Below, piece after piece: positions 51,946-62,580 of a DNA stretch of 64,000 nucleotides (positions are counted from its first letter, which is position 1; each line of letters opens with the position of its first letter). The translations under genes and the position numbers were made by a program. Under the pieces are notes generated by a model. It did no database searches and was not told where the DNA came from. It worked only from the letters and a program-made list of their open reading frames with translations. Origin of the DNA: Gaiellaceae bacterium (lineage in GTDB: Bacteria; Actinomycetota; Thermoleophilia; Gaiellales; Gaiellaceae); NCBI GenBank assembly GCA_046262315.1, contig JBHEMZ010000054.1:267-64266 (forward strand), given 5' to 3'.

Positions 51946-52864
51946 GGCAGGCTTCGAGATCGAGATGTTCCGCGTGGCCGGGTTGCCGCGCCGCCCGAGT
52001 CTCGCGCTCGTCCACGCGCTCATCACGGACGTGCGCGCACTGCGTGTGTGCGGGCGCATCCTGGCCCGCCGCAGTCCGGACGTCGTGCTCGGCGGTGGCG
52101 GGTACGTCGCCGGGCCGATGGTCGCCGCGGCGGCGCGGCGGCGCATCCCTTCCGCGCTGATGGAGGCGGACGCGCACCTGGGTCTCGCCAACCGGCTGGC
52201 GGCGCCGCTCGCGCGGCGCGTCTTCCTGTCCTTCCCGGTTGAGGGGCGGGCCGGCGGAAAGTACCGGGTGACCGGGCGGCCCATCCCGCAGCGCTCGCGT
52301 GCGATCGACCAGGCCGAGGCGCGCGCGCTGTTCGGACTTCCCGGTGATGAGCCCGTGCTGCTGGTCTTCGGGGGAAGCCAGGGAGCCAGGGCACTCAACG
52401 AGCTCGTCGTCGAATCGTTCGGCGCGGCGGGCCCCGCGGTGCTGCACCTCTCGGGTGAGCGCGACCACGCGACCCTCGCCGGCCGCGTGCGGCGCGCCGA
52501 CTATCGTCTGCTTCCGTTCACGAACGACGTGGGCGCCGCCTACTCCGCGGCCGACCTCGTGCTCGCGCGCGCCGGTGGCTCCGTGTGGGAGCTGGCGGCC
52601 GCGGGCAAGCCGGCGGTGCTCGTACCGTTTCCGTTCGCGACGGCCGACCACCAGACGAAGAATGCCCGCCACTTCGAGCGCGCGGGCGGCGCGATCATCG
52701 TGCCCGAGACGGAGCTCGGCCGCGTGCCGGAGCTGGTGCGGTCGCTGCTGGGCGATCGCGGCCGCCTGGCCGATATGGCACGCGCGCAACTCGCAGAGGC
52801 GCGGCCGGACGCGGCCGCCGAGGTCGCCGAGGAGCTGATCGAGCTTGCAGCCGCTCGCAGGTAG
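51782..52864 (+). CDS. murG: UDP-N-acetylglucosamine--N-acetylmuramyl-(pentapeptide) pyrophosphoryl-undecaprenol GlcNAc transferase
   Basis: AAGGTAGHVLPALAVAEEL, GGYVAGP, FGGSQGA, RAGGSVWELAA and HQTKNA. Confidence 0.9.
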   Translation: MMTPPRDELACLIAAGGTAGHVLPALAVAEELRDKGVRVTFAGSPERLEARLVPEAGFEIEMFRVAGLPRRPSLALVHALITDVRALRVCGRILARRSPDVVLGGGGYVAGPMVAAAARRRIPSALMEADAHLGLANRLAAPLARRVFLSFPVEGRAGGKYRVTGRPIPQRSRAIDQAEARALFGLPGDEPVLLVFGGSQGARALNELVVESFGAAGPAVLHLSGERDHATLAGRVRRADYRLLPFTNDVGAAYSAADLVLARAGGSVWELAAAGKPAVLVPFPFATADHQTKNARHFERAGGAIIVPETELGRVPELVRSLLGDRGRLADMARAQLAEARPDAAAEVAEELIELAAARR

Positions 52865-54035
52865 GCGCATCTGGTTCGCCGGCATCGGCGGGGTGGGGCT
52901 GTCGGGCTACGCGCTTCTTTCTGCGGCCTGGGGCGCCGAAACGGCCGGGTGGGACACCGCGGAGACGCCCTACCTCGCACCGCTCCGCGAGGCCGGGATC
53001 GAGGTCAGTGTATTGCCGGAACCGCCCCCGCCGCCGGAGGGCTGGGAGGTCGTGGTGGGCACGGCGTTCCGCGACCGACTCGCGGGACGCACGCGCGCCG
53101 AGCTGCTCGCCGAGCTCGTGTCAATTCGAGACGCGGTCGTCGTCGCGGGCGCGCACGGGAAGACCACGACGGCGGCGATGATCGCCTTCGCACTCGACCG
53201 GCTCGACCACGATCCGGCGTTCGTGATCGGAGGCGACGTGCCGCAACTCGGCGGTAACGCGCGTGCGGGGAAGGGCTGGCTCGTGGCCGAGGGCGACGAG
53301 TCCGACCGCACCATCGCGTCGCTGCGGCCGCGCGTCGCCGTCGTCACAAACGTCGATCTTGACCATCACACCGAGTTCGCCTCGCGCGCGGACGTGGAGG
53401 AACTCTTCGGCGGGTGGGTGGCGAAGGTCCCGACGGTGATCCGTGGCGACGAGCTCGAGCCGCTCAGGGGAAAGCTCGCGGTGCCGGGAGAGCACAACCG
53501 CCGGAACGCCGCATGCGCTCTCGCCGCGCTGATCGCGACGGGAGCCGACCGGGGTAGCGCGGAGCGTGCGCTGCGAGAGTTCCGGGGCGTCGGCCGCCGG
53601 CTCGAGCGCCGCGGCGAGGTTGGAGGCGTCGCGGTCTACGATGACTACGCCCACAACCCCGTCAAGGTGGCGGCCGCGCTGGCCGCGCTTCGCGAGACGG
53701 GAGCCTCCCGCGTGCTCGCGCTCTTCCAGCCGCACCTCTACTCGCGCACGCGGCATCTGGCGTACGAGCTCGCAGGGGCGCTTGCCGCCGCCGACGCCGT
53801 CGCGGTGACCGAGATCTACCCCGCTCGCGAGCAGCCGGCCGCAGGCGTGACGGGGCGGCTCGTCGTCGAAGCCCTCGCGGGGCGCCGGCCGGGCATGCCC
53901 CTCGCGTGGACGCCCGATTCCGCCGACGGCGCGCGTTTCCTCGCGCGGCGAGCGCGATCCGGGGACGCGCTGGCGACGCTCGGGGCAGGGGATGTGGACA
54001 GTGTCGTTTCGCTCCTCCTCGAGGAGCTCGCGTGA
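52845..54035 (+). CDS. murC: UDP-N-acetylmuramate--L-alanine ligase
   Basis: FAGIGGVGLSGYA, VAGAHGKTTTAAM, DESDRT and DDYAHNP. Confidence 0.9.
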   Translation: MQPLAGRRIWFAGIGGVGLSGYALLSAAWGAETAGWDTAETPYLAPLREAGIEVSVLPEPPPPPEGWEVVVGTAFRDRLAGRTRAELLAELVSIRDAVVVAGAHGKTTTAAMIAFALDRLDHDPAFVIGGDVPQLGGNARAGKGWLVAEGDESDRTIASLRPRVAVVTNVDLDHHTEFASRADVEELFGGWVAKVPTVIRGDELEPLRGKLAVPGEHNRRNAACALAALIATGADRGSAERALREFRGVGRRLERRGEVGGVAVYDDYAHNPVKVAAALAALRETGASRVLALFQPHLYSRTRHLAYELAGALAAADAVAVTEIYPAREQPAAGVTGRLVVEALAGRRPGMPLAWTPDSADGARFLARRARSGDALATLGAGDVDSVVSLLLEELA

Positions 54036-54913
54036 ATATCGAGGAGGGAGTTTTGCTCTCGCGTTTCACCACGCTGGGCACGGGCGGGCCTGCACGCTGG
54101 TTCGCGCGTCCCGAGACGGTGGCCGAGCTCGAGGAGGCGCTGCGCTGGGCTGACGAGCGCGGCACGGCCGTGGCGGTCGTGGGGCTCGGCTCGAACCTGC
54201 TCGTCGCCGACGAGGGAGTAGAAGCGCTGGTGTTGAAGCTCGCCGGCCAGCTCGCCTCGGCGGAGGTGCAGGAGGAGCGGGTTGTAGCCGGCGGCGGCGC
54301 GCCACTGGCCGTCTGCCTGCACCGCGCCCGCTCGGCGGGCCTGGGGGGCCTGGAGTTCGCCTGCGCCATCCCGGGCACAGTCGGCGGCGGCGTCTGGATG
54401 AACGCGGGTGCGTACGGCGGCGAGATTGCGGGCGTGCTCGAGCGGGCACTGGTCGCGACATCGGTCGGCTCGGCGTGGCTCGCTCCCGGCGCGCTGGGTC
54501 TGCGCTACCGGCACTCCGAGCTCCGCCACGGGCAGGTAGTCGCGAGGGCAGAGCTGCGCCTGCACATGCGCCCCATCGAGGACATCTCGGCGACGGTGGC
54601 GGACATGCAAGTCCGCCGCAAAGCGGCCCAGCCGACGAACAAGCGCACATTCGGCAGCGTCTTCCAGAACCCCGAGCACGAGCTGAGCGCGGGTAGGATG
54701 CTCGAGGCCTGCGGGCTCAAAGGTCACCGGATCGGCGGCGCGCAGATCTCGCCGCGTCACGCCAACTTCATCGAGAACGTCGACGGGGCACGGTCGGCCG
54801 ACGCGCTCGCGCTCATGGACGAAGCTCGCCGGCGGGCGCTCGAGGAGTACGGCGTCGAGCTGCGGCACGAGGTGGAGTTCCTCGGCCCGCTCGCGCTTGC
54901 GCAGCTCGGGTAG
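54032..54913 (+). CDS. murB: UDP-N-acetylenolpyruvoylglucosamine reductase
   Basis: FTTLGTGGPARW, GLGSNLLVAD, GTVGGGVWMNAGAYG, GSVFQNP and HANFIEN. The GTG overlaps the murC stop. Confidence 0.9.
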   Translation: MNIEEGVLLSRFTTLGTGGPARWFARPETVAELEEALRWADERGTAVAVVGLGSNLLVADEGVEALVLKLAGQLASAEVQEERVVAGGGAPLAVCLHRARSAGLGGLEFACAIPGTVGGGVWMNAGAYGGEIAGVLERALVATSVGSAWLAPGALGLRYRHSELRHGQVVARAELRLHMRPIEDISATVADMQVRRKAAQPTNKRTFGSVFQNPEHELSAGRMLEACGLKGHRIGGAQISPRHANFIENVDGARSADALALMDEARRRALEEYGVELRHEVEFLGPLALAQLG

Positions 54914-54944
54914 GAGCAACCCGCCGGGTGGCGAAAGACGGCGC

Positions 54945-55769
54945 GTGGACCGCGATCGTCCCCGCACTGCCCGTGCCGTCGCGCTCGCCCCCGGGCGAGA
55001 GGTCGTGCGGCGTTTCGACCTGGATCGGCTCATGCCTTCCGGGCGGTCGCTTGCGGCCGCCGTGGGGCTACTCGTGGGTGGCCTCGCGGCTTTCGTCGTC
55101 GCCCGCCAGTCCACGGTGTTTGCGATCCGGACGATCGAAGTGCAGGGCGCTCCACCGGCGCTCGAGCGCCAGGTGCGCGCGGCGCTTGCGCCCCTCGTGG
55201 GGGAGAGCCTCGTCACGCTGGAGGGCTCGGCCGTCCAGGATCGGCTCGCGCGGCTCCGCGAGGTGCGCGGAGCGACGTATGACCGGTCCTTCCCCAGCAC
55301 GTTGCGGGTTCTTGTACGCCCCGATCGGCCAATCGCCGTCGTGCGAAGCGGCCCGCGGGCCTGGCTCGTGTCGACGCACGGCGCGGTGTTGCGCACGCTG
55401 ACCAAGCGGCCGTACCCGCGCCTCCCGCGGGTCTGGGTGGCGCGCGAGGAGGCGCCCACTACGACCGCGAGAAGCGTGAGCGGCCTCGCGACGAACGCTT
55501 TGCGCGCCCTGGCCGACGCGCGACGTGCGCGCAGCTCACTCTGGCCCGCGCTCTGGACGGTCCGCGCCAAAGCCGGGGAGCTGACGGTCGTCCTGCGCTC
55601 GCGTATGGAGGTGCGGCTCGGCGATGCCTACGACGTCCCGCTCAAGCTCGCCGTCGCGGCGCGCGTCCTGCGCGCGCTCCCCGCAGAGGAACGTCTTCAG
55701 CTGCGCTACCTCGATGTAACCATGCCGGCCCGACCGGTAGGCGGGAACAACCCTCGACTCTCAAGTTGA
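54945..55769 (+). CDS. ftsQ: Cell division protein FtsQ/DivIB (TM helix, POTRA domain)
   Basis: The TM helix is AAAVGLLVGGLAAFVVA and the POTRA segment is FAIRTIEVQGAPPALERQVRAAL. The start could also be the TTG at 54897. Confidence 0.75.
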   Translation: MDRDRPRTARAVALAPGREVVRRFDLDRLMPSGRSLAAAVGLLVGGLAAFVVARQSTVFAIRTIEVQGAPPALERQVRAALAPLVGESLVTLEGSAVQDRLARLREVRGATYDRSFPSTLRVLVRPDRPIAVVRSGPRAWLVSTHGAVLRTLTKRPYPRLPRVWVAREEAPTTTARSVSGLATNALRALADARRARSSLWPALWTVRAKAGELTVVLRSRMEVRLGDAYDVPLKLAVAARVLRALPAEERLQLRYLDVTMPARPVGGNNPRLSS

Positions 55770-55786
55770 GCCTTAGACGACCTTGG

Positions 55787-55815
55787 TTGACACCACGGCC
55801 GGCGGGACTTACCCT
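55787..55815 (+). promoter_or_regulatory. Candidate housekeeping-sigma promoter for ftsZ (TTGACA-17 nt-TACCCT)
   Basis: A perfect -35 hexamer and a TAnnnT-type -10 element at 17-nt spacing, ~60 nt upstream of the ftsZ start. An AT-richer leader with GAGGTAGAGGAG follows. Confidence 0.4.
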
Positions 55816-55874
55816 AGAGGATCGCCAGGCATGAGAAAAGCTCAATTTCCAGTTGAGGTTGAGGTAGAGGAGCA

Positions 55875-56954
55875 TTGAGAGTGCGCGATGACAGCCGTGA
55901 TTTTCTGGCCGTGATCAAGGTCGCCGGGGTAGGCGGCGGCGGCACGAACGCGGTCAACCGCATGGTGGAGGCGGGGCTTGCTGGCGTGGAGTTCATCGCG
56001 GTGAACACCGACGCGCAGGCACTGCTGATGATGGATACGGACGTGAAGGTGCAGGTTGGCACCGACGTCACGCGTGGCCTCGGCGCCGGCGCGGACCCCG
56101 AAGTCGGCCGCGCGGCTGCGCAGGAAAGCCGCGACGAACTGAAGGAGGCGATCAAGGGCGCAGACATGGTCTTCGTCACCGCGGGTGAGGGCGGGGGCAC
56201 GGGCACAGGCGGCGCGCCCATCGTGGCCGAGATCGCGCGCGAGCTAGGAGCTCTCACGGTGGGCGTCGTCACACGGCCCTTCTCGTTCGAGGGTCGCCGT
56301 CGCGCCGACCAGGCCGAGAGCGGCATCCAGGAGCTTTCCGAGCGCGTCGACACCTTGATCGTGATCGAGAACGACCGCCTGCTCCAGGTGGTCGAGAAGC
56401 AGACTTCGATCCTGGAGGCGTTCCGGATAGCCGACGATATCCTCCGCCAGGGCGTTCAAGGCATCACCGACCTGATCACCGTGCCGGGACTCGTCAACCT
56501 CGACTTTGCCGACGTCCGGACGATCATGCGCGACGCCGGCTCGGCCCTGATGGGAATCGGAGTGGCCTCCGGCGAAAATCGCGCGGCCGAGGCGGCCCGT
56601 ACCGCCGTCTCCTCGCCGCTACTCGAGGCGTCGATCGAGGGCGCGACCGGTGTCCTGCTCAACATCACCGGCCCACCCGAGATGGGGCTCTTCGAGGTCA
56701 ACGAGGCAGCTGAGGTGGTCACGGGCGCAGCCGACCAGAACGCGAATGTCATCTTCGGCGCCGTGATCGACGAGTCCGTCGGCGACGAGGTGCGCGTCAC
56801 CGTGATCGCAACGGGGTTCGGCACGCCGCGTGTGCGCCGCCGCCGGTCGGTGACCGGGGCGCGTCCGATCGAGACCCGGCGGGAGCCGCTCTCCGAGCCT
56901 ACGGCGTCATCAGACGACATCGACATCCCTTCGTTCCTCCGCGACGACTCCTAG
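55875..56954 (+). CDS. ftsZ: Cell division GTPase FtsZ
   Basis: [24 protein letters not shown] and the tubulin signature [12 protein letters not shown]. The start is TTG 55875 or GTG 55881. Confidence 0.95.
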   Translation: MRVRDDSRDFLAVIKVAGVGGGGTNAVNRMVEAGLAGVEFIAVNTDAQALLMMDTDVKVQVGTDVTRGLGAGADPEVGRAAAQESRDELKEAIKGADMVFVTAGEGGGTGTGGAPIVAEIARELGALTVGVVTRPFSFEGRRRADQAESGIQELSERVDTLIVIENDRLLQVVEKQTSILEAFRIADDILRQGVQGITDLITVPGLVNLDFADVRTIMRDAGSALMGIGVASGENRAAEAARTAVSSPLLEASIEGATGVLLNITGPPEMGLFEVNEAAEVVTGAADQNANVIFGAVIDESVGDEVRVTVIATGFGTPRVRRRRSVTGARPIETRREPLSEPTASSDDIDIPSFLRDDS

Positions 56955-57021
56955 CCAACTCTCTGGGCGAGTTTGGCCAGGTAGCCCGCGGCCGAAGGGC
57001 GCGGGCTAGCATCCGGCGCGC

Positions 57022-58089
57022 ATGCAGACCTTGCGGCGCACGCCCCTCTACGAGCTTCACCAGGCGGCGGGGGCGAAGATGGTTCCGTTCGCCGGCTGGG
57101 AGATGCCGGTGCAGTACGCGGGAGTCGTCGCCGAGCACCGCGCCGTGCGCGCCGATTGCGGCGTGTTCGACGTCTCGCACATGGGCGAGCTGGAAGTCGA
57201 AGGCCCGAGCGCCCCCGCCCTGTTGCGGGCGCTGCTCTCGAACGACCTCGGCCGCATTACCGACGGCGAGGCCCAGTACACGCTGCTCACGAACGAGCGC
57301 GGCGGCATCGTCGACGACCTGATCGTCTATCGCGTCGACGCGTTTCGCTATCTGCTGATCGTCAATGCTTCCAATCGCGAGACCGACTTCGGCTGGCTGC
57401 AGGAGCGGGAGGTGGCCGGCTCTGACGTCCGCGACGTGTCGGACCAGTACGCACTGCTCGCCGTTCAGGGACCGCGGTCGCTCGAGCGGCTGGGGCTGCC
57501 GGACGCGCCCGCCTTCACCTTCGCGGAGGGAGAGCTGGGCGGCATCGCCTGCATGGTGAACCGCACGGGCTACACAGGCGAGGCCGGGGTCGAGCTCCTC
57601 GTCGAGGCCGACGACGCGGCCGCGCTCTGGGAGCACGTCGTGGCTGCGGGCGCCGTCCCGTGCGGTCTAGGTGCGCGCGACACGCTCCGGCTGGAGGTCT
57701 GCTACCCGCTCCACGGCAATGACATCGGCCCGGACACGGACCCGATCTCCGCGGGCCTCGACTGGACCTGCGCGCTCGAGAAGGACTTCACCGGAGCCGA
57801 GGCGATCCGCCGGGTCAAGGAAGAGGGTCCCGCCCGGCGGCTTGTGCCATTCGTGATGGAAGAGCGCGCTGTCCCGCGGCACGGCATGACGATCACCGAG
57901 GGCGGCGAAGTGACCTCCGGCTCGCACTCGCCGATGCTCGAGCGCGGCATCGGCATGGCATACGTGAACTCGACGCTCGCGCAGCCCGACACGCAGTTGA
58001 CCGTGGACGTCCGCGGACGCTCGCGTCGCGCGCGCGTCGTGAAGAAGCCGATCTACCGCCCTGCCCGGCCGGATGCGGCCGAGGGCTAG
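57022..58089 (+). CDS. gcvT: Glycine cleavage system aminomethyltransferase (T protein)
   Basis: RTPLYELH, MVPFAGWEMPVQY, VFDVSHMGE, TGYTGEAG and ARDTLRLE. Confidence 0.93.
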   Translation: MQTLRRTPLYELHQAAGAKMVPFAGWEMPVQYAGVVAEHRAVRADCGVFDVSHMGELEVEGPSAPALLRALLSNDLGRITDGEAQYTLLTNERGGIVDDLIVYRVDAFRYLLIVNASNRETDFGWLQEREVAGSDVRDVSDQYALLAVQGPRSLERLGLPDAPAFTFAEGELGGIACMVNRTGYTGEAGVELLVEADDAAALWEHVVAAGAVPCGLGARDTLRLEVCYPLHGNDIGPDTDPISAGLDWTCALEKDFTGAEAIRRVKEEGPARRLVPFVMEERAVPRHGMTITEGGEVTSGSHSPMLERGIGMAYVNSTLAQPDTQLTVDVRGRSRRARVVKKPIYRPARPDAAEG

Positions 58090-58147
58090 AGGGAAAGGAG
58101 CACAGGACGATGTCGCAGGGGAGCACGCCGCAGGGAGGCTCGTCGTA

Positions 58148-58543
58148 GTGGCGGCCGCAGAGAGCTATCCGGACGACCTCCGCTACCACGCAGAGCACGA
58201 CTGGGCGCGTGTCGACGGTGACGAGGCGATGATCGGCGTCACCTGGTACGCGCAGGATGCGCTTGGGGAGCTTGTGCACTACGAGCCGCCCGAGGAGAGC
58301 GCCGCCGTCTCCAAGGATCAGTCGTACGGCGAGGTTGAGTCGGTGAAGGCGGTCAGCGACCTGATCGCACCGCTCTCCGGCGAGGTGGTCGCCGTCAACC
58401 AGAAGGTCGTCGACGCGCCCGAGACGGTCAATGAGGACCCGTACGGCGAGGGCTGGCTGATCCGGATCCGCATCTCGGACCCCTCGGAGGTCGACACCCT
58501 CCTCAACGCTGCGGCTTACCAACAGCTTCTCGCCGATCTGTGA
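58148..58543 (+). CDS. gcvH: Glycine cleavage system H protein
   Basis: YHAEHDWARV, and the lipoyl-lysine motif GEVESVKAVSDLIAPLSGEV, then EDPYGEGWL. The GTG is preceded by GGGAGG at about 10 nt. Confidence 0.9.
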   Translation: MAAAESYPDDLRYHAEHDWARVDGDEAMIGVTWYAQDALGELVHYEPPEESAAVSKDQSYGEVESVKAVSDLIAPLSGEVVAVNQKVVDAPETVNEDPYGEGWLIRIRISDPSEVDTLLNAAAYQQLLADL

Positions 58544-58586
58544 CAGTCGCTCAGCCCCTGCGTGAGGCGACGCGCCCGAGTGTCCC

Positions 58587-59924
58587 GTGACGATCCGCTA
58601 CGTGCCGCTGACTGATGGCGACCGCGAGGAGATGCTCGCGTCGATCGGCGTCTCGACGACCGACGCGCTCTTCGAGCAGATCCCTCCGGGCGTCCGGCTC
58701 GACCGTCCACTTGCGCTCGAGCCGCCCCTTTCCGAGCAGGAGCTTGTCGACCACCTCGGTGAGCTCGCCAAGCGCAACGTGCCGGTCGGCGAGGAACTTT
58801 CGTTCCTTGGTGCGGGCATCTATGACCACTACGTTCCGACGGTCGTCGACATGGTGCTCTCGCGGGGCGAGTTCCTGACCGCGTACACGCCGTACCAGCC
58901 GGAGTTGAGCCAGGGCGTCCTCCAGGCCATCTTCGAGTACCAGACGGCGATCTGCGAGCTCACGGGCCTCGACGTCGCGAACGCCTCGGGGTACGACGGC
59001 ACGACCGTCGCGGCGGACGCGTGCTACATGGCCAAGCACGTCACGGGCCGCTCGAAGATCGTGGTCGCCGAGACCGTCAACCCGCAGGTGCGCCAGGTGG
59101 TCAAGACCTATGCGCCGGGCTTCGGGCTCGAGGTGCTCGAGGTACCGCATCGCGGCGGCACCACCGATCCCGAGACGGTGTCCGAGGCGGCGCGCGACGC
59201 CGCGGCCGTGCTCTTCCAGCAGCCGAACTTCTTCGGCTGCCTCGAGCCCGCTCCCGACCTCGCCGCCGCTGCCGCCGAGTGCGACGCGCTGCCCGTCGCA
59301 CACGTCGATCCGCTGTCACTCGGAGTGCTCGACGCGCCCGGTCACTACGGCTGTGCGATCGCCGTAGGCGAAGGCCAGCCCGCCGGCAACAATCTCTCCT
59401 TCGGCGGTCCGCACTACGGCTTCCTCGCCGCTCGCTCCGACCTTGTGCGCCGCATGCCCGGCCGCATCGTCGGCGAGACCACCGACGTGCACGGCCGGCG
59501 CGGCTATGTGCTGACCCTTCAGACCCGTGAACAGCACATCCGACGTGAGAAGGCCACCTCGAACATCACGACCAACCAGACGCTGCTGGCGCTCGGCGGC
59601 CTCGTCTATCTGACGTGGCTCGGGCCACAGGGCTTGCGCGAGCTGGGGGAGACCTGCATGGCGCTCTCCGCCTATGCGCGGGAACGGCTTGCGGGCCGGC
59701 TACTGTTTCCAAACAAGACAACATTCAAAGAGTTTGCCGTCCGGGTCGGACGGCCTGCCCGCGAGGTCGTCGCTGCGGCCCGCAAGCGCGGAGTGCACCC
59801 GGGCTACGCGCTCGACCGCGATTACGCGGGCGTAAACGATGCGCTGCTCGTGTGCGTCACGGAGAAGCGCACGCCGGCGGAGATCGATCGGCTCGTTGAC
59901 GTCCTCGAAGAGGTGAGCGCGTGA
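58587..59924 (+). CDS. gcvPA: Glycine dehydrogenase (decarboxylating) subunit 1
   Basis: [38 protein letters not shown], and [14 protein letters not shown]. Confidence 0.93.
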   Translation: MTIRYVPLTDGDREEMLASIGVSTTDALFEQIPPGVRLDRPLALEPPLSEQELVDHLGELAKRNVPVGEELSFLGAGIYDHYVPTVVDMVLSRGEFLTAYTPYQPELSQGVLQAIFEYQTAICELTGLDVANASGYDGTTVAADACYMAKHVTGRSKIVVAETVNPQVRQVVKTYAPGFGLEVLEVPHRGGTTDPETVSEAARDAAAVLFQQPNFFGCLEPAPDLAAAAAECDALPVAHVDPLSLGVLDAPGHYGCAIAVGEGQPAGNNLSFGGPHYGFLAARSDLVRRMPGRIVGETTDVHGRRGYVLTLQTREQHIRREKATSNITTNQTLLALGGLVYLTWLGPQGLRELGETCMALSAYARERLAGRLLFPNKTTFKEFAVRVGRPAREVVAAARKRGVHPGYALDRDYAGVNDALLVCVTEKRTPAEIDRLVDVLEEVSA

Positions 59925-61414
59925 AACTTCTCTACGAACGGTCCCGCGAGGGGAGGATCGCGTACTCGTTACCGCGGCACGACCTTCCGCTTCCTGCGGT
60001 GCCTGACGAGCTCCGCCGCGAGCGGGCGCCGCGGCTTCCCGAGGTCTCCGAGCCCGAGCTCGTGCGCCATTTCACGGAGCTGACGTCGCGCAACTACGGC
60101 GTCGACACCGGCTTTTACCCGCTCGGCTCGTGCACGATGAAGCACAACCCGCGCGTCAACGAGCGAGTCGTCGCGCTTCCGGGCTTTCGCGACCTGCACC
60201 CGCTTCAGGAGGAGGACGGCGCGCAGGGAGCTCTCGAGCTGATGTGGCGCCTCCAGGAGATCCTCGCCGAGATCGCTGGACTGGATGCCGTCTCGCTGCA
60301 GCCCGCCGCGGGGTCGCAGGGGGAACTGACGGGGCTGATGCTCATGCGGGCGTACTTCGCAGACCGCGGCGAGCAGCGGCGCAAGGTGGTCATTCCGGAC
60401 ACGGCTCACGGCACCAATCCGGCGAGCGTGACGATGGCCGGTTACGAGGTCGTCGCGGTCAAGACCGATCCGCGCGGCAACGTCGACCTCGACGAACTGC
60501 GCGCGAAGGTGAACCACGAGACGGCCGGCCTGATGCTGACGAACCCGAGCACACTGGGGCTGTTCGACGAGGGAATCGAGGACGTGGCGCGCATCTTTCA
60601 CGAGGCGGGCGCGCTCCTCTACTACGACGGCGCGAACCTGAACGCCGTCTGCGGTCGCTCCCGGCCGGGCGACATGGGCTTCGACATCGTCCACTTCAAC
60701 CTGCACAAGACGTTTTCGCAGCCGCACGGCGGCGGCGGGCCTGGCGCCGGGCCGATCGCGGTTCGCTCGTCGCTCGTGCCGTACCTGCCGGTGCCCGTGG
60801 TCGCGCGAGATGGCGACCGCTTCCACTGGGACGACGACCGCCCGCGGTCGATCGGTCGTGTGCGCGGGTTTGGCGGCCCATTCGGCGTCTTCGTTCGCTC
60901 CTACGCCTACATCCGCGCGTACGGGCCGCAGTTGAAGGACATGTCCGACGCGGCCGTGCTGAACGCGAACTACCTGCTCGCGCGGCTGCGAGAAGCCTAC
61001 GACTTGCCCTTCGACCGCCTCTGCATGCACGAGTTCGTGCTCTCGGCCCGCACGTTGAAGCGCGAGTACGGCGTGACCGCGCTCGACGTGGCCAAGCGGC
61101 TGATCGACCATGGTTTCCACCCCCCGACCATCTACTTCCCGCTGGTCGTGCCCGAGGCGCTCATGATCGAACCCACCGAGACGGAGCCGAAGGAGACGCT
61201 CGACGCCTTCGCCGACGCGATGCTCGACATCGCGCGGGAAGCGGCCGAGGATCCCAATGCGCTCAAACACGCTCCGACGCGGTCGGTCGTGGGGCGGCTC
61301 GACGAGGTGAAGGCGGCGAAGCGCGCGGTCGTCCGCTATGGCTTCGGCGACCACCCGGACCTGGGCGGCGAGCCGGCTTCCCCGGTCGCGGCGGAAGCGC
61401 CGAAGGGCGTCTAG
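59921..61414 (+). CDS. gcvPB: Glycine dehydrogenase (decarboxylating) subunit 2
   Basis: [18 protein letters not shown], the PLP-lysine motif [16 protein letters not shown], and PTIYFPL. Confidence 0.93.
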   Translation: MKLLYERSREGRIAYSLPRHDLPLPAVPDELRRERAPRLPEVSEPELVRHFTELTSRNYGVDTGFYPLGSCTMKHNPRVNERVVALPGFRDLHPLQEEDGAQGALELMWRLQEILAEIAGLDAVSLQPAAGSQGELTGLMLMRAYFADRGEQRRKVVIPDTAHGTNPASVTMAGYEVVAVKTDPRGNVDLDELRAKVNHETAGLMLTNPSTLGLFDEGIEDVARIFHEAGALLYYDGANLNAVCGRSRPGDMGFDIVHFNLHKTFSQPHGGGGPGAGPIAVRSSLVPYLPVPVVARDGDRFHWDDDRPRSIGRVRGFGGPFGVFVRSYAYIRAYGPQLKDMSDAAVLNANYLLARLREAYDLPFDRLCMHEFVLSARTLKREYGVTALDVAKRLIDHGFHPPTIYFPLVVPEALMIEPTETEPKETLDAFADAMLDIAREAAEDPNALKHAPTRSVVGRLDEVKAAKRAVVRYGFGDHPDLGGEPASPVAAEAPKGV

Positions 61415-62424
61415 GGCGCCGAAACCACCGCGCCCCGCGCTTGGGGTATTGCGGCGAGCTGGCCGCACGCAGCTTCGATGTCGCGGCCGCGGGTGAGGCG
61501 AACGGTGGTCGCCACGCCCGCCCTTCGCAGCGTCGCGGCGAATGCGTCGATCGCCTTCGGCGACGAGCCGTCGAAGCGGCCCCCGGTCGGGTTGTACGGG
61601 ATCAGGTTGACCTTGAAGGCGCCGCGCCCCAGGAGGCCGGCGAGCGCCTCCGCTTGCTCGACGCGGTCGTTGACGCCAGCGAGCATCACGTACTCGACGA
61701 AAACCTTGCGTCTGCGCAGGGTCACGTAGCGCCGGCACTCGCCGAGTATGTCCGCCAGACCGTAGCGCTCGTTGACGGGCATCAGCTCGCTGCGCAGCGC
61801 ATCCTCAGGGGCGTGCAGCGACAGCGCGAGCCGTACGGGCTGCACGACCCCGTCGACGAAGCGGCGCAGCCCCGGCAGCCAGCCGACGGTCGAGACTGTC
61901 GTGCGCCGGGGCGTGATGCCGAGGTTGGGGAGCCGTTCGAGGGCTGCCGTGACCGCGTCGAGGTTCAGGAGCGGCTCGCCCATGCCCATGAACACGCAAT
62001 GGTCGACCGCTTCGATGCGGCGGAAATACAGCGCCTGGTCGAGGATCTCCGAAGCCGAGAGGTTCCGGCCGAAGGCCATCGCCCCCGTCGCGCAGAACCT
62101 GCACGTGAGCGGGCACCCCGACTGTGACGACACGCAGATCGAGCGGCGGCCGTCCCGAAAGCGCATCAGCACCGCCTCGACCGGATGGCCGTCGTGCGTG
62201 CGGAAGAGGGCCTTGACGGTGCCGTCGCGCGACCGTGCCTCATGCTCGACCGCGAGGGTCGAGAACGGCACCTCGATGGCGAGCGCGGCTCGTAGGCCGG
62301 CCGGCAAATCCGTCATCTCTTCGTACGATCCGGCGCCCCGCGCGGCCCAGCGCCACACCTGGCGGCCACGGTAGGCGGGCTCGCCGCGCTCGTCGAGCGC
62401 CCGGACGAGCGCCTCCAGATCCAC
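61411..62424 (-). CDS. rlmN: 23S rRNA / tRNA adenine-C2 methyltransferase, radical SAM (RlmN)
   Basis: YRGRQVWRW, the radical-SAM cluster motif [22 protein letters not shown] and NLIPYNP. A GTG start at 62424 was chosen; the track ORF extends to 62544. Confidence 0.88.
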   Translation of the reverse strand: MDLEALVRALDERGEPAYRGRQVWRWAARGAGSYEEMTDLPAGLRAALAIEVPFSTLAVEHEARSRDGTVKALFRTHDGHPVEAVLMRFRDGRRSICVSSQSGCPLTCRFCATGAMAFGRNLSASEILDQALYFRRIEAVDHCVFMGMGEPLLNLDAVTAALERLPNLGITPRRTTVSTVGWLPGLRRFVDGVVQPVRLALSLHAPEDALRSELMPVNERYGLADILGECRRYVTLRRRKVFVEYVMLAGVNDRVEQAEALAGLLGRGAFKVNLIPYNPTGGRFDGSSPKAIDAFAATLRRAGVATTVRLTRGRDIEAACGQLAAIPQARGAVVSAP

Positions 62425-62580
62425 TAGTCCGCCTTCAGGTCTGCCTCGGCATCCACCTGAGGAAAGCAAGTGGGGCGAGGACGCAGGGAGCGCCCGCACT
62501 GGCAGGACGGGCGCGACTGAGGACGGCGCATCGCCCTCTGTCACGGGCGGATGCGATGGCGGGGATCACCTGGAGGCGCA

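Noticed and set aside
56955-57021. A canonical glycine riboswitch upstream of gcvT
   Set aside because: Only 67 nt are available, and the 3' CUCAGGCAAAAGGAC-type element is absent. It cannot be called from the sequence.
59969-62127. Long ORFs 59969-61738 (minus strand) and 60130-62127 (plus strand)
   Set aside because: They are off-frame or antisense to gcvPB and rlmN, both of which carry unambiguous catalytic motifs. They are high-GC artefacts.
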